Shown here piece by piece: positions 1 to 17,631 of a stretch of 64,000 bases of DNA (the stretch's first letter is position 1; each line of letters starts with the position of its first letter). Where the stretch lies: the NCBI RefSeq assembly GCF_009914755.1, contig NC_060928.1; one strand, written 5' to 3'. A program made the position numbers and the translations under genes. The notes below the pieces were generated by a model that searched no databases, was not told the DNA's origin, and was given only the letters and a program-made list of their open reading frames with translations. The stretch comes from the human T2T-CHM13v2.0 reference genome, Homo sapiens.

Positions 1-519
1 CCATTAAACTGGAGAGCAAACTGAGATCAGGGAGCTTGAATAAACTTCTCAGGTCACAGGATCACAACATGAGTAACAGGATTGAGATTGAAACCCAGTT
101 TTTATTACTTCCAAGTAGTTTTCATTACCTCACAGTGCCTCTTATTTATCATAGTGCAGGCAGGTACTATTTACTAGCTTTGTCAAAATTTCCTTATTTT
201 GGTGAATACTGTAAAATGGTTGGATATCTCTAAAGAACTTATTTTAAACAGGTCAGAATTAAGAATGACTCATTCTCATGCATCTTTTACAAGCTCAATT
301 TCCAGAAATAGTTCTTCTTTACAACTACAATCTGTTATCATGATCTCACTCTTTCAGCTCTGTTGGGTTACTGGCTAAACCTAGTTTTGGAATTACTTGG
401 ATTCTAGATTGTAGTTTTCTCTAGAATCCTCCTGATGATACTTCAGAAGACTGTCTGGCATCTACCACATTAGGGTATACCATAGAAAAGGGCTTTCAGA
501 CTTTGTTGGAGCAAAGTTT

Positions 520-1210
520 GTTGATGCTTTCATGTTGGGGTCATGTTTTCATGGTACTACACCTGCTTGGCCAGCCAGTTCCATTGAGGTGCCTGTTCCC
601 AGTCCCTCCGGGGGTTCTCAAACAAAATCTGACAGCATATTCCCTCACTCTTTACTCTGCATTTCTTGCTTCCCACGTGGAGTTTTTCCATCACCTCTGA
701 GACACTGTGGAGGTGCACTGATTTGCCCAGTTGTGTTTGTGAGGTTGCAAATTATACATGGACAGTGGCAAGTGTCACTGACTTGCTTCCACTCACTAGC
801 TTACTCCATGCAGTGTGGCTGCCACTGTGGACGTTGTCACTGCTGTTTTGTGATCTAGCCTCCTCATAGCTGCTAGAGGGCCAGGTGGTACAACCTAAAA
901 CTGTGTCACAGTCGATGTGTCATGGGAGGAATTTTTTTCCAATGGCAGATACAAGAAGGTGAATTCTTCTCCCTTCCTCTCCCTAGACAAATCATTCAGA
1001 AACACAGTGGCTCATATAGACTCTCCAAAGATATCCCACTAGCTTGATATAAAACTCTAGCCCAATTGGTAACGTACCCCTTACATTTGCTTTCCATCCT
1101 CATCCCTTCTTTCTCTATTGATCCCTTTCCCTCAGTCCTTCTTCCCTAGAATTGCATATCCCTAGAATTGCCTTGGGCTCTATTTTCTAAAAAAATCCAC
1201 ACTAAAAACA
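520..1210 (+). mobile_element. Possible ancient ERVL-type LTR
   Basis: GC-richer island ending in a motif resembling old ERVL LTR 3' ends (GGCTCTATTTTCT...CTAAAAACA). Confidence 0.3.
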
Positions 1211-2850
1211 GTTTGCCATCCTATGATCACTACCATTATTCAATAGCTAATCAAACCATTTAGGGGTTTATTTACAGTTATTTGATTGAGAGACGAAAGA
1301 GGAACAGAAAAGAGAACCTTATTTACTAGGCTCCAAGAAGGTAGAGGAGGTTGCCCCACTTGGAGAACTGTGCCAAATTTCCTGACTCCAACTGCTATAC
1401 TTCGTAGGTAACAGATGGCATAGTGGGTGGAAGGGAGTTACACATGCAACTATTCAAATCTCTAGCACTGAAAATATCTTGATTGCAAGAGGTGACGCTT
1501 AGGAAATTTTAGAGACAGACATGTCAGAAATAATTCTGATGTAGCAATAGCAGAATATATAAGCAGGTTATCCTATAGGTAATTGTTTGCTTGCACACTA
1601 TTGAGATTTATATTGATGCATAGTATGCATTCTTCACCAAATATCCAGAGCAAACGTGCTAATGTATTGTGTTTAAAGAACTGCAGCCAGATTTGGGGAA
1701 AGAAAAGAACACAACAGGACCACTATTTCTACTCTCTCAAGGGAAGAGAATGAAGTGAAAACAACTCTATCTAATTTGGGGGCCATGAACATTTGCCCTA
1801 CAATCAGTGGCAATCTAACCGATTTGGTTCTGCAGATGTCGGAATAAAGGGCAAGGAACCCAATAAACATGATAATGTAACATTGACAGTAAAAATAGAG
1901 ATGTCCAGACAGAACACTGTACAGTGAATACTTTAGATCACACTAATGTCTTATCGAATGTTAAATATATCTTTTGTTGACCTAATTAACATATGAAACA
2001 GATTTTGTTTCGATTACACATTAAGTAATCTCATGACGTGTTCTTTTGTGGAGGTTGAGGTTGTATGAGTTCAACATGTGTTGGTAGTGGATGAGTGGGC
2101 ATCCAAGTGGCAACATGCACTACCTAATTTAAAATAATACATTAGAGGTTTAACTTGATTGGGGTTACGGGAAGCTTTGACTAATGTCTTATCATTTGAG
2201 CAACGAAATGAATATTTATGTCTTGTACTTGTATCTCAAAAGCAATGTTCTTTAACGTGTTTAAGTTGCAGCCCTTTAGAAAAAAGATTTTCATTTCCCT
2301 CTTAGGTATCTCATAGTAATAGGGCCAATTTCTATGGCAACTCATTTATTAATAAGAAGTTATTATTTCGGGCAAAGACTCAATGATGACTATAAAGAAG
2401 GAGAAAAGAGTCTTCTGATGCTACTTTAATTTGAATTTTTACTGAGAAGATGAAAAGGGCTGCATATAACATTAATTAGTTGGCCTTGTAGTACGCATTT
2501 GAAACTACTATTTTGTGAATCTGTTTATTTATTTAGCAAATATTTACTGAAGGTGCACCATGTGTAGGCAGTGTTCTAGATGCTGGAGTGACGGTGGTGA
2601 TATAACAAAGTCCTTGCCTTCATGGTCATTTATATTCAAAGAGAAGAGATAGGTAGTAAACAAGTAGATACATAATACAATGCCAGGTTGCGTTTGGTGC
2701 TGTGAAGGAAACTGAAACAGAATAAGGGACTGGAGAATGAAAAAGACCTGGAGACTATATTAGATAGTAAAGCCAGAGAAAACCTCTCTGAAGATATAAG
2801 ATTCAAGTAGAGACCTGAAGAAGATAAAAATTGATAAAAATCAAAATATC

Positions 2851-3140
2851 GCAGGGCGTGGTGGCACACGTCTGTAATCCCAGCACTTTGGGAGGCTGAG
2901 GCAGGCAGATCCCTTGAGCCGAGGAGTTTGAGACCAGCCTGCTCAACACAGGGAGGCTTCATGTCTACAAAAAAAAACAAAAATTAGCCAGGCATGGTGG
3001 TGCACACCTGTGGTCCCAACTACTTGGGAGACTGAGGTGAGAGGATCAATTGAGCCCGGGAAGCAGAACTTGCAGTGAGCTGAGATTGTGGCACTGAACT
3101 CCAGCCTGGGAGACAATGTGAGACTCTATTTAAAAGAAAA
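2851..3140 (+). mobile_element. Alu (J-like) inserted in an L2 remnant
   Basis: Dimeric Alu; TSD AAAAATCAAAATATC. Confidence 0.93.
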
Positions 3141-5339
3141 AAAAATCAAAATATCTATTCATTCACTGGCTGTTTTAAATGAATTTTTATTTTAAGAATT
3201 GCAACATCTATTCATATTTGGAAGTGGTATGTAATATACATTCAGTTTAAGGCATGGGTTGGTGTACTAATGGATTTGAGGATTTCTTGTGATAACTCCG
3301 CAATCCACTACTGCCCCTAGGGAACTACTCCTTTAGATCCATCCCATGTGCCCAACCTATCCCTATTCTCTTTAATGGGCATTTATTTCCTAGTGCTCCC
3401 ACTTGTGCCATGCTCAGCCCTTTGACCATTAATCCCCTCATCTAAATGCCAGCCTTTTCTCAACTGTATACCAATTCAAATTATCTCTTCCCAAAAAATT
3501 ATCTCTTCTGTAATAAGAGATCACTACTTTTTAAAAAATTTACTATTTGCTAGGCACTATGCAAAATGCTTTATATTTATTGTATTCATGTACAAATGTA
3601 GGTAGTAACTACTATGATTCCTACTTTGCAGACAAGGAAATGGAAACTTGGGGAGTTTAAGAAACTTGTTTAAGTTCATATAGCTTGGCAATGTCAGGGA
3701 ATGCCTACACTTTTTCTTTACTCTTTGATGGAAAATTGATTTAAAAAAATTATTTTATCAAAGTGTATTATCTGTACCTACGAATCAACCTCTCTTCATC
3801 TCTCCCCTTCCCTTTACCCTTCCCAGACCCTGGTAAACACCAATTTACTCTATCTTCATGAGATCTACTTTTTCAGTTCCCACACATGAGTGAGAGAACA
3901 AGTGATACTTGTCTTTCTATGTTTGTGATGCTCACACTTTAAATTATTATTCTAGTGTGCCTTCCTAGACCATTCTAGGACAACTATTCTATCTTGGTAT
4001 GATCTCACCCTAGAATGTTTATCATCAGAATGCTGATAAAGAGAAAACCACATTAGGAAATTTCACTAAAAATTATACAAATAAGAGCTATACAAATGCT
4101 GGTTCATTTTAATAATTTTTATTAGCCAAAATCAAAGGAACATCCTCAAAAGTGAGGAGATCCCTGTTTTCAGTGGTGCTCAAGCAAAGAAAGAGTGATT
4201 CTCTCAACTGGGTGAGAAGTTGAATTTAGTGACTTCAAATGTAGAAATCTATGATTCAGATATCTATGCTTTTGCAGCAAGGTTCCATAAAAAGAGGTGG
4301 GTGAGTTATAAGCAGCCTGGAGGTGTTCATAAACATAATATACTTGCAAAAAAAATTAAGTGGAATTTTTATGACCTAGTAGTATTTTTGAATTGTTTAC
4401 CAGACTATATTACATACAAGCACTAATGTCTCTTTGTAATTAATCCCCATGTCAGTATTTCAGTTAGAATTTTCCTCTGTGGTATAAAACCCTTAGGAGC
4501 CCTTCAGGGAAGATGTACCAGAAAAGTATTTTATTAGTCCAGAGCTAATATTTAGTCAAAGAAAATATGACAGAACCAAGAAGAAAAAGCTACTTTTAGA
4601 GGTATGGGGTTTTTCTATTCCTTCAAATTTACTTTTATACAAGAGATAATCTGAAAATCTTATTTTTGGAATCCAGAAAAAGTATTTAAACAATAAAATT
4701 TTTGAAAAGTTCTTTTCATTAGCATTTACTAAGAAGGATTTCACTCATTCATGTATTTTATTATTCCTTAACAAACCTTAACCTGGAAAATATTATTAAA
4801 AGACAATATTTTTTCTGGGCAAAACCTTAAAGTTTGTATAAATCTTTAAAATTTTTTTAAATATAAACCTGAGCTCTTCCAGTGCAGTTCTCATGAGGAA
4901 GTGGATGTAAGCAGTGCATAGCACAAATGAACAAGCATGCAAGTATAAAGATCCCCCGCTTGTACTATCAGTGTGCCACTTGATTCAGCATATTAAGCTT
5001 CTACTGTGTTGAGTAGGCTGCTTGTCTCATAATTTTATAAAAATGGCATAGAAAAAAGAGACATAGACACATTATTTTAAACAGACTCTGATTAGTGTTT
5101 GATATGGTTTGGTTGTCCTGATTCAAATCTTCTCTGGAATTTCCATGTGTTGTGGGAGGGACCCAGTAGGAGGTAACCGAATCATGGTACTATCAGTGTG
5201 CCACTTGATTCAGCATATTAAGCTTCTGCTGTGTTCAGTAGGCTGTTTGTCTACTGAACTACAAAACTACTGTTTTATAAAAATGGCACAGAGAAAAGAG
5301 ACATAGACACATTATTTTAAACAGACTGTGATTACGGTT

Positions 5340-7886
<2,547 letters not shown>

Positions 7887-8074
7887 GTGTTCTAACAAAA
7901 ATACAAATGACATGTCATCAGAGAACGGGAGAGGAGAGAATAATTTTTGCCAAGTCTTTTTTATATGAAATTTGAGCTGGGCTCTGAAGGAAATTAGAGT
8001 TTTAATTGGCATGTTGTGTTGCTAAAGGGAGGAACCCATAGGCAGGACTGGGAATTTAGATACCATTTAGATTA

Positions 8075-8285
<211 letters not shown>

Positions 8286-9959
8286 TTATGCTTCATGTAT
8301 TAGTAAATCACCAAAGACTTGCAAAACTAGTTAGGAAACCATCAAGACTTAGGACTGATGGGGAAAGATGATAGAAAAGGAGAAATTAAAGGGGATAATA
8401 AATTTTCAAGAACAGTAATGCCATTAAATAAATGGGTGAACATATAAAGAGGAGCACATATGTAAGTCAAATGATAAAATGGGGTGGACATATTAAGTTT
8501 TGGGGGCCTTGCATTATTTGGAGTGGTCAAGTAGGCAGCTGGAGGTATAAAACAGAGTGTAGTGTTCTAAACCTGGCAGTTATTATAATTACCCTGCATT
8601 GCATTTGCTGTGTACTGGTACTTTCCACTTGGTTATGTGGTTTTTAGAGCAGAATCTATTACTTAAATACATCTTTATTTATCATGGAACTTGTTACTGT
8701 CCTTTGCAAGAATGAGTTTTTTTTTTTAATGGAATCACGGTTTATATTTTGTATTTGCCAGAAATAAGGATGGGGGGGGTAGGTTTTCACTTTGTCTATT
8801 CTTCTGTCTCCTGCTGGGATTGTATTTTGCTCATTTATGAGACTTCTCAAGTTAACAATGTTACGTTTGACATTTAGGGGAAACATGAGAAGCCTGATAC
8901 TTGGGTTGTAGTGCCCTCTGCTGGGAAAAGTGATAGAACATAGGGGTGTTCTCGCAGAAAAGAAAAAAACAGAAGTTGAGATGTCAGAGACAGTAATTAA
9001 TGTCTTTTTATCCTTTAAGCAAGTATATATGTGCATATATATTTTACATTAAAAAAAACTCAAAATAGTGAATGTATTTAAACATCAAGTTATTCTGGTA
9101 ATTTAAAATGCAATTCCGTTTATAAAAACTAGCTTAACAAATTTCATTAACACATTTATGGAAAGCAAAAATAAATGATAAATCTGTCATATACAATTAT
9201 GTCCCATTTGAGCTTAAAGAAACATACTTATAGGATTTCAGTTATTTATGACTACGCAACCATATGATTTTCCAAGACTGTTCGATGCAAAATTTTCAAT
9301 TCATTTATATCAAGCTAAATGTCCCAATTTAGGCTGGGAAAATATGTTCACCATATTCATAAATATCTCATCAATATTTAATGACTAATGATTTATTGAA
9401 AATATCTCATTTAAATTGAAATTTCTTTAAACAAAGGTTAATGAATTTTTTTTCCTTTTGGTTATAAAGTAACCATGCTCATTATGGAAAATATAAGACA
9501 GACTCCAGAAATCATTCATAATATCACTAGAATAAACTCTGTTTAAAAAAAACACTCTGGTGTCCTATATTTTTTCTAGTCTTTTTTTCTACTCGTGTTT
9601 TATATAGCAGAGACAAACTACAGAGCAGTTTTACGTAACTTTTTTCTTTGCATGATGACTTATAAATCTGTGCAATTTTAAAGAATTCTCATCCCAACAT
9701 TGTACTTGTTTCCTTTTCCCTTTTCTACCCAATTAAAGATAAAACTTCTTCAATACTAGCACAGAGCTTTTGATCATTACACCAGAAAGCATCTCTTGCT
9801 TGTCAGAACCTTCCAGGCTCTACTTCTACTCCTCTTTGATCTGGAACTGCACTGTTGCCTACTAGTCATCATTCTAGTTTATTCCCAGAGCCCTCTACTG
9901 TTTACTCTGTGAAAACTATTTGTTCTTTGCTACAGTAGAAATTAGTGCCAGCGGTCTTT

Positions 9960-10333
9960 TTCAACAAATTAGGCCAGAGAAACTTCTGTATCTCCAAATA
10001 TACATGTTCTGTCTCATGTTTCTCAGCCTCCTTAAAGTTAAAAGGGGCCATTTAACAAGTTTTGGCAAATGATCTAGGAGCATTAGTGGATATATTTTCA
10101 TTCTGTTAGTGGGTCTATTAGCAGCATTCTCTTGCTCTGTGATTAGGATTGTGAAGGCAAATGTTCACACGGCATAGCCACAAGATGAAAGCAGCCTGCA
10201 TTGCTAATCCAGCAGCCTGGGAGAGTCATCCTACTGTCAATACCTATGAGTGAGAAGTAAATTTTGGTGTGCTAAGCTATGGAGATTTAAGTGTATGGAG
10301 CCACAGTAAAATCTAGCCTATCCTGACTAATAC
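9960..10333 (+). mobile_element. Old MLT1 LTR
   Basis: Ends CTAGCCTATCCTGACTAATACA, the MLT1 3' terminus. Confidence 0.65.
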
Positions 10334-10662
10334 ATGATAGTATATTCAGTCACAGTGTTTGACAATGTTGTTTTCTCTGCTTTGGGTGCCCTTCCCAAGC
10401 ACCTCCATCCCTTCACCAAGAAGTTTTTCTTGAGCTTCCTCTTATTCATCCCACAGGACTCATCTCAGGGGCGTTTACTTGATAAACTTTTGATTGCCCC
10501 CACCCCTCATTCTGGGTTAGCTGTCTGTCCCATATGCTTCTGTAGTACCATAAGTATATAAATGAACAGTTCTTGGATATTTATGGATTGATGAAATTAT
10601 TTTGTAGGTATTAGTTATATAAACTTTTCTTTAGAATAATTATTAGAATAATTAGAATAGAT

Positions 10663-11880
10663 CAGCAGTTTTCAGAGTGTTTTCTGCAGACCCCTAAGGG
10701 TCTCTGAGGCTTTTTCAGGAAGTCTGTGAAATCAAACTAACAGTGAAAATAGATTAGTGGCAAAAAAGGCTGGGACTTTTAGCAAATCAAGGTAAAGGCA
10801 ACAAACTGTACCAGGAGTCATTGCATCATTGTATTTTTCACTGCCATACATTTGCAGTAAAAAAAAAAATCCAACTTTATTTAAGAATGCCCTGGATGAA
10901 ACATTAAAGATTATAAATTGCATTGCCTTTTGAAATTGAGTACATACATGTCTTTGTTATGAATGACAAAAGAGAGGTAGACATAAGCATGGTTGCTGCA
11001 TAATTGAATTGAATGGCAATCTTGAGTAAAAGCACTGAAGTAATTTTATGATTTGCAAGGTGAATGCATCATTTTTACCGTGGAACAACATTTTATTTGC
11101 TAAGAGTGACTGAAAACCTATTAGAATCAGAATCAGTATTTAATATATTTAGAATCTGCATGTGGCAGATATTTTCGGAAAATGACTATTTGTTGCTAAT
11201 TATGAAATATGAGATTTATTAAGAAAATTAGAATTTTGGTAAACTTATTTGTGCTACCGTGAACCTGACATCCCCATAATACTTAAAAGATGTTTATAAT
11301 GTGATCAGTGATATTAATGAACATGACTTTGTGACACAGTACAATGAAAGGTGTCAACATTTGGAATATTTACTTAACTCAGTGTAGTTGTCTGTTCTCA
11401 CACTGCTGTAAAGACATACCTGAGACCTGGTGATTTATAAAGAAAGGAGATTTAATTGACTCACAGTTCCATATGGTTGGGGAGGCCTCAGGAAACAACA
11501 TTCATGGTGGAAGGCGAAGGGGAAGCCAGACACATCTTACATGGCGTCAGGAGAGAGACAGCGAAGGAAGCCACACACTTTTAAACCGTCGGCTCTCATA
11601 AGAACTCACTCACTATCACAAGAACAGCATGGGGGAAACAACCTCCATGATCCAATCGTTTCCCACCAGGCCCCTCCTCTGACACATGGCAATTACCATT
11701 CAAGATGAGATTTGGGTGGGGACACAGAGCCAAACCATATCACTCAGTTAACCAACATTTTCAAAAAGACATACAAATTATGTCACAGAATCATGCATGA
11801 ATAAAATATCCATTCAAAATGCAAGATATACTAATGGATTTCAATATAACAACACGTAAAAAGTTTGTTGATATGGTTCA
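10663..11880. mobile_element. hAT/Charlie-like DNA transposon remnant, split by the MST LTR
   Basis: CAGCAGTTTTCA Charlie-like terminus; degenerate AT-rich body continues on both sides of the LTR. Confidence 0.5.
11383..11742 (-). mobile_element. Solo MaLR LTR (MST-type)
   Basis: Ends CCAAACCATATCA; TSD CTCAG at 11378-11382 and 11743-11747. Confidence 0.9.
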
Positions 11881-13343
11881 ATCAACAAGAACAAAAGCAA
11901 AAAACGTTGCCTCAGAGAAAGTACCAAAGTTCTTACTATTCCAGATTCCTAGGTGCAGAAGAGGGTTCCTCATAAAAGCTTGGCTGAACTCCCCTACATT
12001 CTCCCTTTCTATGCTACAGCACTGCTGTCCTTTGCTTCGAGGCTGCTACCCACCCCAGAAACTATTAAGAGTGATGGGATGGTCCTATCAACCTTTTCCA
12101 TCAATAGAATAGAAACTAACATATAGATTTTTAGTTGTAGGAAAATGCTAAGAGGTTTCTATGACTACAAAAGTCAACTATTCTTTTGAAACAGGGAGGC
12201 TAACAATCTGAGCAGGCTCATTTATAACCGTAAGTACACAGACTCATGAAATAGCTCCTACCCATATAGGAGTGTTGGAGAAAGGAAAATAAAATGAAAT
12301 AAAAACCCAGCAGAATATGGGTAAGAATGGAAGGACCCATCTTTAGCCTTCATACACACTCTCTTCAGAGGATGTGGAGGGCCCAAGTCCCTTTCTTTCC
12401 CAGAAGAGTAACCTTTCCTAAGAGGAACACATGCCACAAATTAAGATTTTACATTTTTGTTGGTTTTGTTTTTGTTTTTGACAGGACTCAACACTCTGAG
12501 AAAATGAGAGAGCCAAAAACTCTACATTATTAAAGCAATGCTTCCAAGGATGTTATAGAATAATAATAAGCAAAAAAACAAATTCAGCAGTTTATCGGAT
12601 CCAAAGAGCCATGTAGAATGTCTTGTGGCTGAGAATGAATGAAGAAAGAAATGAATGAAGGAAGAAACATAAGCAGCTGAAAACTGAAAAGACCAAACTC
12701 CAAAAAGGGTTCAGTAGAAAGGGAACTTGATCTAGATGCTGGTTTTATAGAAAAATCAGAGTTACAGAACCTGTATCACCCCACAGACACTGTAAAAGGC
12801 CTAATTAATATTTAAGAATAAAGGAGAGATGAGGAGCAAATATAAAACAGTTTAGGTCAGCTATATAACAAAAAATCACCAAGCCAGTGATAATCCAGTT
12901 TTTCACTCTGCAGTGCTCTAAAAGAAGCATCCTTCCCAGAACTTAAAAAAATTATGATTATTGACTGGACATTAAGTTTTTGGACTTGGAAAACACTGAG
13001 CTCTCTGAGGTTTCATTTCTTCTGATAGAAACTAAATAAATACCTAGAATAATCTTTTAAAGTAATCATTGTTTTTCTTTTCTTAATCTCAGGATTTTAA
13101 AGTATAGAAATCCAATATGTGTAATAAACAATCTACATTGTCATACCCTTTTAAAACACTTTCATTGAAACCTCTTTTGTACTATGAATGAACTGCATGC
13201 ATTTTGTTATGCACATTTAATTAATTTGTATAAAATATTTAAGATAAATATTTCTAATCAAAACTAGCTGTGTCAAATTTTGCACTACTCTTAATGATAA
13301 CATCAAAACTATCAGGAAACATAGTTAAAAATTGTATTTTATT

Positions 13344-13462
13344 GGCCTGGCACAGTGGCTCCTGCCTGTAATCCTGGCACTTGGGGAAGCCAAAGCAGGA
13401 GAATGACTTGAGGCCAGGAGTTTGAGACCAGCCTGGGCAACATAGTGAGACCCTATCTCTAC
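13344..13462 (+). mobile_element. FLAM/Alu left monomer
   Basis: GGCCTGGCACAGTGGCTC...GAGACCCTATCTCTAC. Confidence 0.88.
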
Positions 13463-14489
13463 ATTTCTTAATTTATTTTGTGAAGAAAACAACCAACGTG
13501 GTAGTAGTTCTTTTTTAACAACAACAACAAAAAATTATTTACAAGTTTATATAATTAAGTAGAGCATACTTTAATTTGTAACATTTTGTTTATGGTATGT
13601 TTAAAAATATTTTAAAATATCCATGGAATTATCAATTTGTTTTGAATACCGTATGGTAGACATAATACTAATTGGCAGTATTTGATTTTAATAAATAATT
13701 CATAAAATTTTTAATACATAAAACAGCTGCATCTGCATTGCTACTTCTCATTGCAAAGTTTTGTCATTAACAAACTTTAATTCAGTAACATACAGAATTC
13801 AGTTTAAGTTGTAGCTTAAAAATTTGTCAGATACCATCAAGCTATTTTCACTTTAAGGTATACAAATATTTATTTGAAAAAAAAATGATTTTTTAACAAA
13901 AAAAATGGAGTTTTCTATTCCACATTAATAAACTCTGGCTCTCAGAGACAGATGGGAGCAAAAAAGATTCCAACTCCCAGATAGAGTTCTGGCATGGATT
14001 CACATAGAACAATTACACTAGTATTCAAGCTTCATCTGAAGGCTTAAAAACATAAAATTACAAAATTAGAATCTTAGCAGTCACTAGTATCACTTTCCAT
14101 AATCTCTACTCCTACCCCCACCCCAAGACTAGATCCTTTAATCTCCTCTGCCCCTTCTAGATGAATAGGCATCCAGGATCCACCTGAATGACAGCCAAAT
14201 TTGCCAGACCATGATTCAGAGGGCATTTTTACATAGGCTCAAGTGAGAAATATAAAATACCCTACAAATATAAATGCCTTTGTGAAAGTAATGCTGATGT
14301 CATTCCCCAGCGTGGACTTCTTACTAGTGTTAGGTATTACCCAAAACTATAAGGAGTTTTCACTCTTTTCAGAAAAAGCAAGCAAGCAAACACACAAACA
14401 CATAACACCAACAAACAAAAACTCCCACAAAAATGGGAATTGTCAACATCTCTGGTTAAAATCACTTCCTTATCCTGGACTTCTATGAC

Positions 14490-14692
14490 TAAGAGGCAGG
14501 ATTGTGTAAAGTGGGTGTTGTTCTGCATTCTTGGACAAGGTTGTTAACCTCTTGGTATCTGTTTATTCATCTATAAAGTTGAAATAATAATAGTATTCTT
14601 CATGGAATAGACAGAAGGATCAATTGGGATAATACAGACAAAGTCATTGGAATTGTGCCTGACACATAGTAACAACTCAGTAATGTTAAGCA
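14490..14692. mobile_element. MIR
   Basis: MIR core (CTTGGACAAG...CATCTATAAA...GTGCCTGACACATAGTAA); similar MIRs at ~18130-18350 and ~20570-20790. Confidence 0.7.
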
Positions 14693-15329
14693 CTGCTGTT
14701 TCATTTATGATGATGATAATGAATACAATATGTAATGTTAATTACCACCAAAGGCATTAAATATCAAGATCATTAATAACTGAAATTTAATATGCTAAGA
14801 CTACTTTAAAAGGCCTTTGGTATTTCAATGTTTTAAGAAACTGAGTTTATTTATGATATAAAGGAACTAAAAATGCCATTTAAAAGTGATTTAATAAAAT
14901 TTTAGGACAACTATTATTACACATATACTTATTTTAGATCTTTGGTAAATGCAAAATGGCTATCAGTAGATAGTGTGAAATCCACACTTTCTGGAAGAAG
15001 AAAATTCAGTAAGTAAAAGATTTTCTCATATATCTAATCTAGGTCATTGAAGCTCAAGTAAAATTTAAATACTGTATAAGGACTTGTCAAGACACTAAAT
15101 CAAATGTTCAGTAAATACCGATAAAAATTTTAACTTTTTAAAAGTGAATATTACAGACTGTAGTCACTTAACGCCTGGAGACTGTGTGGTTCATAAAACA
15201 GGGCCCTAGGCTCGCTTCTGGGGACTGTGGGACTGGGACTATGGCCAGAAATTAACATTTGTGTCACACAAAAAACCCACCTGCAGACATACCATGCTTA
15301 CCTCCTTCTTGAACTCCCTTCTTTCCCGC

Positions 15330-16446
15330 CTCCAGTCTCTGGCCCCTACTTAACTTTCTCCCCAGACCCCTACCCCCACCGCAGCTTCCAGAACCATCTT
15401 CTGGGCCTTCCCATCATCCCCCAGCCCAAGACCAATTCAGCCTTTCTTTTGTGTGCGTGTCTGGTTAGCTCCTTTCCAAAGAACCATGAGTTCCCACATC
15501 AGCCAGAATTACTGCACCGAAGTGGAAGCCGCCGTCAGCAGCCTGGTCCACCGGCAGCTGCGGGCTTCCCTTACCTACCTCTCTCTCATCCTCCATTTCT
15601 ACCGCGACGACGTGACCCTGGAGGGCATGGGCCACTTCTGAGAGCTGGCCCAGGAGAAGCGACAGGGCGCCCAGAGTCTGTGGAAGACGCAAAACCAGCG
15701 CGGAGCCCTCTGCGATGCCATCCAGAAGCCGTCCTGGGATGAATAGGACAGCAGTTTGGGCGCCCTGCGAGCCGCGTTGGCCCTGGAGACGAACCTGAAC
15801 CAGGCCCTGCTGGATCTGCACGCCCTGGGCGCAAAGCATGCAGACTCTCACCCCTGCGGCTTCCTGGAGAACCACTTCCTAGGCCGCGAACGGAAACTCA
15901 TGCTGACCAGACTCAGCAGGCTGGAGGGGCCCAACCCGCGCTGGGCAGGCCTCTTCCTCCAGCGCAGCAAGGAGCCTGCGGCCCCCAGGGACCTTCAAGA
16001 GGCCCACCGGCCACATCCCTCTGTCAGACCTGGGAAAGCGTCCACCCGAGCCGCTCCCTTCAACCTCAAGATACATTTTTTTTCTTTCTTTCTTTTTGAA
16101 AGAGTCTCCCTGCCTGGGGTGGGTGCAGTGGTGATCTCAGCTCACTGCAACCTCCGCCTCCCCGGTTCAAGTGATTCTCCTGCCTCAGCCTACCGAGTAG
16201 CTGAGATTACTGGCGCGAGCCGCCACCCCTGGCTAATTTTTGTATTTTTAGTAGAGACGGGGTTTCACCATGTCAGCCAGCCTGGTCCCGAACTCCTGAC
16301 CTCAAGTGATCCGCCCGCCTCGGCCTCCCAAAGTGCTGGGATTACAGACGTGAGCCAGCGGGCCCGGCCCTCAAGATACTTTTTAACCACCCCGTGCCTT
16401 CCCCCAAGCTATGGTCCAAGTAGAAGCAACCCTTCTTTTTACAGAA
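15330..16446 (+). pseudogene. FTLP10: Ferritin light chain processed pseudogene
   Basis: Intronless; ATG at 15486 gives [17 protein letters not shown]...; in-frame TGA at 15639-15641; [19 protein letters not shown]...CGFLENHFL downstream; UTR remnants and A-rich tail; Alu in the 3'UTR. The symbol is inferred from locus context. Confidence 0.88.
16075..16369 (-). mobile_element. AluS in the FTL pseudogene 3'UTR
   Basis: Antisense Alu; TSD CTCAAGATAC on both sides. Confidence 0.95.
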
Positions 16447-17253
16447 AAAGAGGTTAAAAAGAGAAAGAGAGGAAAACCCACCCACGAATTCTCAAAAAAG
16501 CAAACAAAAACCAAAAAGAAAACTGTCATTGAACAGTTTGCTTTTAAATTTGTTTTAATTAAAATACATTACACATTTTCAGGGTGCATAGAGACTTTTT
16601 CAAAATATGTTACAAATAAGGAATTTCCACAGAAACTTGTAACAACAGTAAAGAACTACTACTCTGCCTGGTCACAGTAAGTCTAAAATGTGCTGTTTTG
16701 CCTGGTTTTGCTGATGGTGTAATTCTTTCACAATGATTGCAAGAATTGACCAAGACCCCATACAAATAAAAGAGTGTAACTCAGTGCCTACATTCAGACT
16801 AGATTTAGGTCACAACCACACCCCTTCCACAAAAGCTATGACATGAAGGCAGATATAGCATATTCCAACCCAATCAGCATAAAGTATTGATTCCAGTCAC
16901 TCACAGTGACTAATTTGCCATGGACAAGGACACACTTTCACAATTCTAGAAAGTCTGAATGACAAAAACCAAGAGTTTATGCTGTGATGAGATAGCCATG
17001 ATGTGAGTTAATTAAATAGAAAAATAATTCATATTATAATAGTCTGTTTTTGATGTGAACACTGTCTTTGCTTAGGCTTTTCTGGACCAAACTTGAGGTG
17101 TCTTATTTTGTCTTGTTGATTTGGCTTAGAAGTCCACAAATATTCCCTCAGGACGGCAGTTCTTTCAAAACAGCCATTGTACACACTAATTTAAAATGCA
17201 TGTTAAATAAGGCTTAGGAGTAACTACAATAGTTGCTAGGAGATGATTTTCTG

Positions 17254-17469
<216 letters not shown>

Positions 17470-17631
17470 TCAGATACTTTACACTAAATGATCACCCCAG
17501 ATAAAGTTTGTAAGTCATTAGCATTTTACCCACGGTGTAAATCCCTGTGTCACCATTAACCTTAACTGTGACTGACCAGAATACCTTGCCTAGGACTCTG
17601 GAGTTTACCTGAAACTGAAAGGTGTGATTTA

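Noticed and set aside
532-858. Cys/His-rich 108-aa ORF
   Set aside because: No recognisable domain spacing; probably within an old LTR remnant
15150-15485. Iron-responsive element in the FTL retrocopy 5'UTR
   Set aside because: No CAGTG-loop hairpin found upstream of the ATG
15756-16457. 233-aa ORF
   Set aside because: Chance fusion of the FTL pseudogene frame with an antisense Alu; starts at TTG downstream of in-frame stops
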